DNA from: Nitrososphaerota archaeon
Lineage (GTDB): Archaea; Thermoproteota; Nitrososphaeria; Nitrososphaerales; JACQRY01
Direction: 5' to 3'
Assembly: GCA_016184315.1 (NCBI GenBank)
Contig: JACPCU010000020.1
Coordinates: 21,025-85,024 of the forward strand
Length of the DNA: 64,000 nt
This document shows positions 57,389 to 64,000 of this stretch, piece by piece. The position numbers and the translations under genes are program-made. The notes under the pieces were generated by a model that was not told where the DNA came from, searched no databases, and was given only the letters and a program-made list of their open reading frames with translations. Positions within the stretch are counted from its first letter, which is position 1. Each line of letters begins with the position of its first letter.

Positions 57389-57617
57389 TCTGTTCACCCC
57401 CCTACTCCTACCACATCCACTCTAGATCATCAGTTGAGCCTTGAGATAGGTTGAAGGCTTCTGATAGCTGTGCCGTAGACTAGGAACAGCGTCTTGAAGT
57501 TTATGTTAGAAAGGGGGAGAAAAGCATCCACACTCTAAACATCCATCAGAACCAGTTAAAACAAAGGCTAATTACCAGCGCCATTAAGGTTCGTCTAGGA
57601 AGCGTGAAGCGTAGAAA

Positions 57618-58400
57618 ATGGAAGCCATAAGCGGAGAGATGCCTGAAGAAGGAGAGATCGTCATCGCGACTGCCACCGAAGTCACGAAGTACGGCGTCTA
57701 CGTCTCTCTGGATGAATACAATAACATGCGGGGCTTCCTCCACATATCTGAAATATCTACTGGGTGGGTCAGGCACATAGACCGTTACGTCAGACCCAAG
57801 CAGAAAGTTGTCTTGAAGGTTATCAGAGTAAACAGGGAGCGGCGCGAAGTAGATCTGTCGCTTAGACAGGTGACGGGCGAAGAGAGGAAGAGCAAGCTCA
57901 TCGCCGTCAAGAGAGCGGAAAAGGCCTTCAGCATAATGGAGATCATCAGAGCCAAGCTCAATATTAGCCAGCAGGAGGAAGCAGCTTTGAATCAGAAGCT
58001 GATGGAGAAGTATGGCGGCACCTATGAGGCTCTTGAGGTTCTAGTCAAACTGGGCTCTAAGGCTTGGGAAACGCTGGGGGTCAATGCTGAGCAATTATCT
58101 GTCATAGAGACTGTAGCCAAAGAGAAGATCACAATTCCAACGGTGTCCATCAGAGGCAACATTGAAGCTCGATCAGATCTCCCTCAGGGCATAGAAGTCA
58201 TCAAGAAAGCTATGCTGGCCGCGGAAGCTGTGGGGGACGGCGGCGTTGTGGAAGTAAGATATGTAGGAGCCCCGCGCTACACAATTACCGTTACAGCTGA
58301 GAACTATAAGATCGCTGAGAAGGTCCTTGAAAACGCTGTGGAGACAGCCAAAACCGCAATAGAGAAGAGCAAAGGAACCTTCATCTTCAAGAGAACCTAG
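57618..58400 (+). CDS. eif2a: translation initiation factor aIF2 alpha
   Basis: S1 domain: PEEGEIVIATATEVTKYGVYVSLDEYNNMRGFLHISEISTGWVRHI. Confidence 0.95.
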   Translation: MEAISGEMPEEGEIVIATATEVTKYGVYVSLDEYNNMRGFLHISEISTGWVRHIDRYVRPKQKVVLKVIRVNRERREVDLSLRQVTGEERKSKLIAVKRAEKAFSIMEIIRAKLNISQQEEAALNQKLMEKYGGTYEALEVLVKLGSKAWETLGVNAEQLSVIETVAKEKITIPTVSIRGNIEARSDLPQGIEVIKKAMLAAEAVGDGGVVEVRYVGAPRYTITVTAENYKIAEKVLENAVETAKTAIEKSKGTFIFKRT

Positions 58401-58418
58401 AGGCGACTAGAATTCAAA

Positions 58419-58598
58419 CTGCTTAGAAAATGCCCTAAATGCAACATTTACACGTTGAAAACCGAGTGCAAGATCTGCTCTGGGCCCACTGTCACAGCTC
58501 ATCCACCTAAATTCTCGCCTGATGATCGTTACACTCGTTATAGGGTGGCAGCCAGATACCAGGAGCAGAAGGAACAGGCTCAGCCCGTAGACAGCTAG
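58419..58598 (+). CDS. nop10: H/ACA RNP protein Nop10
   Basis: Not in the ORF track. LRKCPKCNIYTLKTECKICSGPTVTAHPPKFSPDDRYTRYR is the Nop10 signature. There is no ATG/GTG/TTG upstream of the Zn ribbon; CTG at 58419 is the only start-like codon. In frame with eif2a behind a single TAG. Confidence 0.85.
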   Translation: MLRKCPKCNIYTLKTECKICSGPTVTAHPPKFSPDDRYTRYRVAARYQEQKEQAQPVDS

Positions 58599-60805
58599 GC
58601 TGAGGGTTCCCCTACAACCTGATAGATCAGGACTGCTGCAACTACACGCCCAGAGTTGTCGAAGGTGCTCGGCGAAGCGTAGACGAGCTTCAGGAACTGG
58701 CTTTCGGGACTGACGGGGCAGTCTGGACCAACGTTGAGATCAGTTGGATATTTCACTGAGCATTCGAAGGCTACGATGGTGTTCTCCTCATAGTTCTGCT
58801 TGAAGCGGCCGTCCTGTCCAACGTATCCAACTACTTTAACGGGGAACATTCTGCCAAGTAAGGTGCTGTTCCAGAACATCTGCTTGGGAGTCAATCCGTC
58901 CGACTCTACAAAACTGTCTAGATTCAATCCGCCTATCCTGATGAACCACTGCTTCTTCGCCTCGTCTCCTCCTACAGGCTGCCCGCTGCCGGGAACCACC
59001 CAGATGATGAAGGAACGGCCTGTGGCTTGATCCTGTACTCTTATGCCTCCCATGAAGACGACTATATATTTGGCGCCCAGTGAACCGATGATCTTGCTGG
59101 CATTCTTCTCGTTGGACATGAACATTTTGCCCAGTTGAGCGATACGGGTCTGGTTTATCGTAGCGTTATCTGCAAGTGTGGTTCTGTTGCCCATTACTGT
59201 GATCCAGTAGCCGTAGTCCCACCAAGCGGCCATCACCGCATCAGACGGAGTGTTTTCACGGATCCACTTCAAAGCTTCAAGCCAGTCGGGGATCTGTGTT
59301 CTGAAGCCTAAGCTTGATGAAGCTATGCTCACCGGGACATCGCTGGAGTCAAGCCAGTTTCCCTGCGGAGGGTAGAAGACGGGGAAGGCTAACAGGACGA
59401 TCATAACTGCACTGAAGAAGACCTTCGCCTCGGATCTCTCACTTGCTCGCCCAGTCTTGCGTCTAACAACAGTGGCGGTACTCGGTTTGATGACTGCCTT
59501 TAGAAGCTCTGAGAGACCGACTGCTCCTAGGAATGCGAATGCGAGTGCTGAGAAGACCATGAGCCTAGAGAAGGATGCTGAAACGTAGACTCCTGTGATG
59601 GCGAAGAAGAGCAGGAATGCTGAGTTGAGGTCACGTTTTCTTAAGAGCAGGATGGCTCCGAATCCTGCTAGAAATATGAGCGCGAAGGATGAAGCAAGGT
59701 AGTCTTGACCTGTGGGGACGAAGTGTTCAGCAACGGACTCGACTAGGGGGTTGTCGCTGCGGAGATAGGGGTAGATTACTGTCAGATATCTTCCACTGAG
59801 CCCTGAGACAGCTCCTGAGCTTAAGGCAACTCCAACTATCAGTGCGAAGGCGAAAAGCATCTTGACTAATGTGCGGGAATAACTCTTAGGTTCGGTGAAC
59901 CGTTTCACTATTAGTGCAAGGTAAGCAAAGCCCAACGGCGCGAGGAGAAGCATTCCTGCAGCGCCTGCGATGATGTTCGGACCAGGTCGGGGGAACCCTG
60001 CTGCCACTGTGAGTGCAGACGCGACGAAGAAGGCACCTGCTGTGACTGTCTTCTTCAAATCTATGTTGAGGAAGGGGGAGGCTAGGAAGACTAGGCCGAA
60101 TACGATACTGAAGTATTGGGTGCCTCCCCAAGCTGTGTAAGCATAGCCAAGGATCAATCCACCGGCAATCGATCTGATTGCGAGTCCTCTGTTTGAAACT
60201 TTAGGGCCGTAGACTGTGAGGTAAAGGTAGATTCCTAGGAGGGCAAGGAAGAGGGCAAGGGGTTCAGATTTGAACCAGCCTAAAGTTCCTCTCAGAATAA
60301 TGGGTGGTGAGACAGCTATTATGAGTGATGCGAAAAGGCCTGCTGAGGTGCCTGCTATCCGCCTAATTAAAAGGAATACGATTATCGTGGTTAGGGCTCC
60401 GAATATCACGGGGAATAGCACCAAGAAATCGTAAAGGCTTATCGGAGCGCCAAGGATCGCTTTGACAAACAGGTAGAGACCCGCGCCCGCGAAGTGGAGT
60501 CCTACTTGTGAGCTGGAGGCCACAGGTCGCCCCTCGGGGTACCATGTGGAGTGGTCAACCCACGTAAAGTAATTCAAGGCGCCTGCCGGCCCGTATAGGT
60601 CAACGTTCTTTACGATGAAGTCTGTTGCGTAGTAGTCGAAGTAAGGGTCGAATTCGTTCAAATAGAAGCCGTATTGGGCCGGAGTCGTCCTTACAATGAG
60701 CGCGATGGCGAAGATGGCTGACAGTGAAAGAAGCATCAAGATCGACATGCTTGAAGACTTGGGGCGCGTAATCTTCCCCAACTCTGCTAAACCTGAGCGC
60801 CTCAT
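58595..60805 (-). CDS. aglB: dolichyl-phosphooligosaccharide-protein glycotransferase AglB (STT3)
   Basis: 736 aa. Multi-TM N-half and the WWDYGYWI catalytic motif. Confidence 0.95.
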   Translation of the reverse strand: MRRSGLAELGKITRPKSSSMSILMLLSLSAIFAIALIVRTTPAQYGFYLNEFDPYFDYYATDFIVKNVDLYGPAGALNYFTWVDHSTWYPEGRPVASSSQVGLHFAGAGLYLFVKAILGAPISLYDFLVLFPVIFGALTTIIVFLLIRRIAGTSAGLFASLIIAVSPPIILRGTLGWFKSEPLALFLALLGIYLYLTVYGPKVSNRGLAIRSIAGGLILGYAYTAWGGTQYFSIVFGLVFLASPFLNIDLKKTVTAGAFFVASALTVAAGFPRPGPNIIAGAAGMLLLAPLGFAYLALIVKRFTEPKSYSRTLVKMLFAFALIVGVALSSGAVSGLSGRYLTVIYPYLRSDNPLVESVAEHFVPTGQDYLASSFALIFLAGFGAILLLRKRDLNSAFLLFFAITGVYVSASFSRLMVFSALAFAFLGAVGLSELLKAVIKPSTATVVRRKTGRASERSEAKVFFSAVMIVLLAFPVFYPPQGNWLDSSDVPVSIASSSLGFRTQIPDWLEALKWIRENTPSDAVMAAWWDYGYWITVMGNRTTLADNATINQTRIAQLGKMFMSNEKNASKIIGSLGAKYIVVFMGGIRVQDQATGRSFIIWVVPGSGQPVGGDEAKKQWFIRIGGLNLDSFVESDGLTPKQMFWNSTLLGRMFPVKVVGYVGQDGRFKQNYEENTIVAFECSVKYPTDLNVGPDCPVSPESQFLKLVYASPSTFDNSGRVVAAVLIYQVVGEPSA

Positions 60806-60857
60806 AGGGTTCGCTTGAACCGAGAGCGATTTAGCCAGCCCTTAAAGCCTTTGTGGC

Positions 60858-61130
60858 TTACTCCTTTATGCTCTCTAAGGTGCTTACCGCGGACCAGATT
60901 GTAACTCTAGCGTAGGATGGCATGTTCGGATCCTGTGAAACCTCGTCTAGGAGGCTGATGGCGTTAGCGGCCCTCACAGAGGGAGAGATGCTGTTGTCCT
61001 GTAACATAATTATGGAGTCTTTCACGATCTTCCTGATGTTTCTTGGGGTGGTGGTGCTGTCGGCTATAGTCTGGAGTGTAGCCATGGCTTTAGATAGTTT
61101 TTCTTCGTTGACTTTGCTTATAGGGCTCAT
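60858..61130 (-). CDS. UPF0147-family small protein
   Basis: 90 aa. TPRNIRKIVKDSIIMLQD..SVRAANAISLLDEVSQDPNMPSYARVTIWSAVS is typical of archaeal UPF0147/COG1698. Confidence 0.75.
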   Translation of the reverse strand: MSPISKVNEEKLSKAMATLQTIADSTTTPRNIRKIVKDSIIMLQDNSISPSVRAANAISLLDEVSQDPNMPSYARVTIWSAVSTLESIKE

Positions 61131-61251
61131 AAATATTCACCTGAATTAGGCGGAATTCTGTTTAGATGCGTTAAGTGGCAGCTGCGGGTCGTAATATAAA
61201 CTTTGACTTACACAACACCTTCTTGTCAGAACTGATATTAAGCGGAGTCGT

Positions 61252-61626
61252 TTGATCTGTTCAACAAGTGTTTCATCGTTGGCTCAGAAGAGGGGGTTAG
61301 CTGTCGCTGCAGAGATTCTGAGGAAAGGGGCGACTCTACTGAAAGAGCCCTGTCCGAAATGTGGAGGAGTGCAGATACGCTACAAGAACAGAACCCTCTG
61401 CACCAACTGTGACGATCTCAGCAATATTGAAGCTCTCGAAGCACCGCAGCCAACGGAAGTAATAGGCAAGCTCAAGGATCTCATAGCTGCGAAGATAGGC
61501 GAAGCAAGCCTACTGCTCAAAGAAGAAAAAAACATTGAAAGACAAACCCAGCTTGCAGCTCTCCTCCTAAGATACGTTGAACTAATGGAGAAGACTTCAA
61601 CCATATTGGAGAAAGAGCAGCCATGA
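61252..61626 (+). CDS. UPF0148 / autoantigen-p27-like Zn-ribbon protein
   Basis: AAEILRKGATLLKEPCPKCGGVQIRYKNRTLCTNC pattern. Confidence 0.6.
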   Translation: MICSTSVSSLAQKRGLAVAAEILRKGATLLKEPCPKCGGVQIRYKNRTLCTNCDDLSNIEALEAPQPTEVIGKLKDLIAAKIGEASLLLKEEKNIERQTQLAALLLRYVELMEKTSTILEKEQP

Positions 61627-62753
61627 GCAGCCTCAAACATTCCCATCTCTACTCATATCATGCGGCCAACAGCCGCCTAGCTAGCTTCGCGGGCTACGAT
61701 ATGCCACTATGGTACAAGGGCATAAGCAATGAACACATGGCTGTAAGAACCGCGGCAGGCCTCTTTGATGTTTCTCACATGGGTAGGTTCAGCATCAAAG
61801 GACGGGATGCTAACTCCTTCATCGACCATATGATACCGACCAACCTCGTTAAGGTTGCTGACGGCGGTGCCGCTTACTCAGTTCTTTGTGACGATAATGC
61901 GGGTATCATGGATGATATCTTGGTTTACAGATTCTCATCTGACGACTTCATCATAGTTGTTAATGCGGCGAACATTGACAAAGACTATGGATGGTTCAAA
62001 CAGCACCTAGATGGCTATCAGGCAACCATGATTGATGAGACTCAGAGTATAGCTTTGCTGGCGCTGCAGGGGCCTAAGGCTAAGGCTATTATTCAGAGTT
62101 TGACTGCTGAAGATGTCGGTAACATCAAACGGTTCACCCATAGACGCGTCGCCCTGAGCGGCGTGGACGCATTGATTTCTAGAACAGGGTATACTGGGGA
62201 AGACGGGTTTGAGATCTTCGTACCTGATTGCCATGTTAGCAGGCCGTTACAGGCTGAAAAGGTTTGGAGCCAGATCCTCTCGGATTTCGCTACGTGGGGA
62301 GTATTGCCTTGCGGACTGGGCGCTAGGGACACCTTGAGGCTCGAAGCAGGTCTCTGCCTGTACGGTCAAGACATTGATGGCTCAACTAATCCGTTTGAAG
62401 CAAATCTTGCTTGGCTTGTGCATATGGATAAGGGAGATTTCGTTGGCAGGAAGGCCCTTATGGAACTGAAGGATCACGAAACGAGGAAGAGAATAGGGAT
62501 AAGCATGGAGGTAGGAGGCATACCTAGACATGGATGTGAGGTTTTGGTTAAATCCGAGTATGTGGGCAGGGTTACCAGCGGAAGTTTCTCGCCTCTATTG
62601 CGGAAAGGTATAGCCATGGGGTATGTTGCTGAACGATATACAGGTGAAGGAACAGCGGTGGAGGTTTCCATACGGGGAAAGGAGTGGCCTGCCACTGTCA
62701 AGAATCCGCCTTTCTACGATCCCAAGCTCTATGGCTGGAAGAGAGTGGCCTAA
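61623..62753 (+). CDS. gcvT: glycine cleavage system T protein (aminomethyltransferase)
   Basis: Contains FAGYDMPLWYKGISNEHMAVRTAAGLFDVSHMGRF and ARDTLRLEAGLCLYG. Confidence 0.95.
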   Translation: MSSLKHSHLYSYHAANSRLASFAGYDMPLWYKGISNEHMAVRTAAGLFDVSHMGRFSIKGRDANSFIDHMIPTNLVKVADGGAAYSVLCDDNAGIMDDILVYRFSSDDFIIVVNAANIDKDYGWFKQHLDGYQATMIDETQSIALLALQGPKAKAIIQSLTAEDVGNIKRFTHRRVALSGVDALISRTGYTGEDGFEIFVPDCHVSRPLQAEKVWSQILSDFATWGVLPCGLGARDTLRLEAGLCLYGQDIDGSTNPFEANLAWLVHMDKGDFVGRKALMELKDHETRKRIGISMEVGGIPRHGCEVLVKSEYVGRVTSGSFSPLLRKGIAMGYVAERYTGEGTAVEVSIRGKEWPATVKNPPFYDPKLYGWKRVA

Positions 62754-62900
62754 GGGGTATAGTTGTGCTCCTTGGGGAGATGGTAGGGGGAGAGGGAGAC
62801 GGACAAAGAGACACCTCCCTATATATGTTGGAAGACTGAAGTTGTGGGAGCATGGCGGGGAAAGGTTAAAGGGTTTCCTGTGGTGCGTTGAGGTTTCGTC

Positions 62901-63314
62901 TTGAATGTAGATGGATACGAGGTTCTTGAAGGTCTCCTTTACAGCAGGGAGCATGAGTGGACCAGAGTTGTCTCTCCGAAGAGGGTTATCGCAGGAATAA
63001 CTGATTACGCTGTGAAGCTTCTTCATGATGTTGTTTATGTGACTCTTCCCGAGGTGGGCTCTGAAGTTAGGCATATGCAGGTCTTCGGCTCCGTTGAGTC
63101 CATCAAGGCTGTGTCTGATCTTTATTCGCCGTTGACGGGGAAGGTTTTGGCGTCCAACAGGGCTTTGGAGAAGACGCCTGAGCTTGTAGGCCAGTCTCCT
63201 TACGGTGATGGATGGATCATTGAAGTGGAGCCCACTAACCTGGATGCTGAGTCTAAGGCTCTGCTTAACGCTGAGGGCTATGCGTCATTGATCAGGGGTT
63301 TGGGTAAGAAGTAG
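62901..63314 (+). CDS. gcvH: glycine cleavage system H protein
   Basis: LYSREHEWTRV and the lipoyl-Lys motif VESIKAVSDLYSPLTG. Confidence 0.95.
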   Translation: MNVDGYEVLEGLLYSREHEWTRVVSPKRVIAGITDYAVKLLHDVVYVTLPEVGSEVRHMQVFGSVESIKAVSDLYSPLTGKVLASNRALEKTPELVGQSPYGDGWIIEVEPTNLDAESKALLNAEGYASLIRGLGKK

Positions 63315-63342
63315 GGTTTTAGCTGAGCTGGTTGCTTAATCT

Positions 63343-64000
63343 ATGGCTAGGGGTAAGCTGGGGCTCATCGTAAACCCTGTTGCGGGGATATGCGGCAAGG
63401 CGGGGTTCAAAGGCTCGGACGATCCTCGAGCCGTGGAGCAAGCTAAGAAACTGGGTTTCGCTCCAGTTGCTCCTGAACGAGCAGTCAGAGCTCTTGCACC
63501 ACTCAGAAGCGTTGATGTTGAAGTCTGCACTTTTCCAAGAGAAATGGGGGAAGATGAGGCTTTGCAGGCAGGGTTGACTCCGCGTATCATTGGGAGCATT
63601 TCTTCAGGCAGAACTGGTGCGGAGGACACTATTAGGGCTGCAAGGATTATGCGGAGTGAGAATGTGGGAGTAATTCTTTTTGTCGGAGGAGACGGCACCG
63701 CCAGAAACGTGTTGGATGCTGTCGGTACATCCATACCTGCTCTAGGTGTCCCATCAGGAGTGAAAACTTATTCCGCTGTTTTCATGGTTAATCCTTTTGT
63801 TGCAGGACTGCTGGCGAAGAAGTTCTTGGAGTCAGGGCTACCTGTAGGCGAATCAGAGGTGCTTGACATTGATGAGGGAGCCTATCGTCGAGGCGTTTTG
63901 ACTGTGAAGCTCTACGGCTATCTTTCATGTCCTTATGAGCCTGCTCTTCTTCAATCATCCAAGGCCATCATTGTCGATGATGACGATGCTGAGAATCGTT
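63343..64000 (+). CDS. ATP-NAD kinase-family protein (COG3199-like), 3'-truncated by the window end
   Basis: Not in the ORF track because there is no stop before the window end. Contains KLGLIVNPVAGICGKAGFKGSDD and FVGGDGTARN. Confidence 0.8.
   Translation, partial: MARGKLGLIVNPVAGICGKAGFKGSDDPRAVEQAKKLGFAPVAPERAVRALAPLRSVDVEVCTFPREMGEDEALQAGLTPRIIGSISSGRTGAEDTIRAARIMRSENVGVILFVGGDGTARNVLDAVGTSIPALGVPSGVKTYSAVFMVNPFVAGLLAKKFLESGLPVGESEVLDIDEGAYRRGVLTVKLYGYLSCPYEPALLQSSKAIIVDDDDAENR

Noticed and set aside
57430-57490. Possible C/D-box sRNA or terminator hairpin between rps27e and eif2a (TGATGA on the minus strand, CTGA on the plus strand, AGCCTT/AAGGCT stem).
   Set aside because: The box elements are on opposite strands and in the wrong order, and there is no C'/D' pair. 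Only a 6-bp stem remains, which is not distinctive.
58398-58400. In-frame TAG between eif2a and nop10 as a pyrrolysine codon.
   Set aside because: Many genes in the window terminate at TAG at positions that give normal protein lengths, and no pyl genes are visible here. It is retained only as a minor alternative in the nop10 finding.
1-64000. CRISPR arrays, rRNA genes and IS/transposase genes.
   Set aside because: No regularly spaced short repeats, rRNA-like sequence or transposase-like ORFs were found when reading the window. The only repeats seen are the ones reported above.

Overview
Archaeal chromosomal fragment, about 50% GC by eye. The archaeal assignment rests on A-type ATPase subunits, the 20S proteasome, AglB/STT3, the aIF2-alpha/Nop10/L44e/S27e cluster, TFE, MBF1, Dph2, Csl4 and aTrm56. 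The phylum cannot be fixed from sequence alone, though a small subunit ORF between atpD and atpK is a TACK/crenarchaeal-style trait. Most of the window is housekeeping: class II RNR, pyrB/pyrI, the A-ATPase cluster, a sufCBD-Rieske-sufSU operon, ilvE/pheA, gcvT/gcvH, a glycan-modification cluster and transporters. The accessory parts are: (i) nt 1-5400, an AT-richer island around tRNA-Pro(CGG) holding a tyrosine integrase, an Mrr-type nuclease fusion, RelBE and VapBC modules, a tautomerase, and two orphan tRNA-Pro 3'-end fragments in direct orientation. (ii) A 1.4-kb integrase-less islet downstream of tRNA-Gln(UUG), bounded by a 40-nt direct repeat and carrying one Mrr-like nuclease fusion. 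(iii) A MazF toxin-antitoxin cassette inserted inside the ATPase operon between 67-bp direct repeats. The most unusual core-genome items are a wHTH + ATP-cone + NrdD-like protein that lacks the glycyl-radical tail and sits directly upstream of nrdJ (candidate nucleotide-sensing RNR regulator), and a psmB-psmA operon whose beta subunit has no propeptide. Two conserved genes (hflX, nop10) have no canonical start codon. I found no CRISPR array and no rRNA. All calls come from reading the ORF translations and the DNA by eye; no database search was run.
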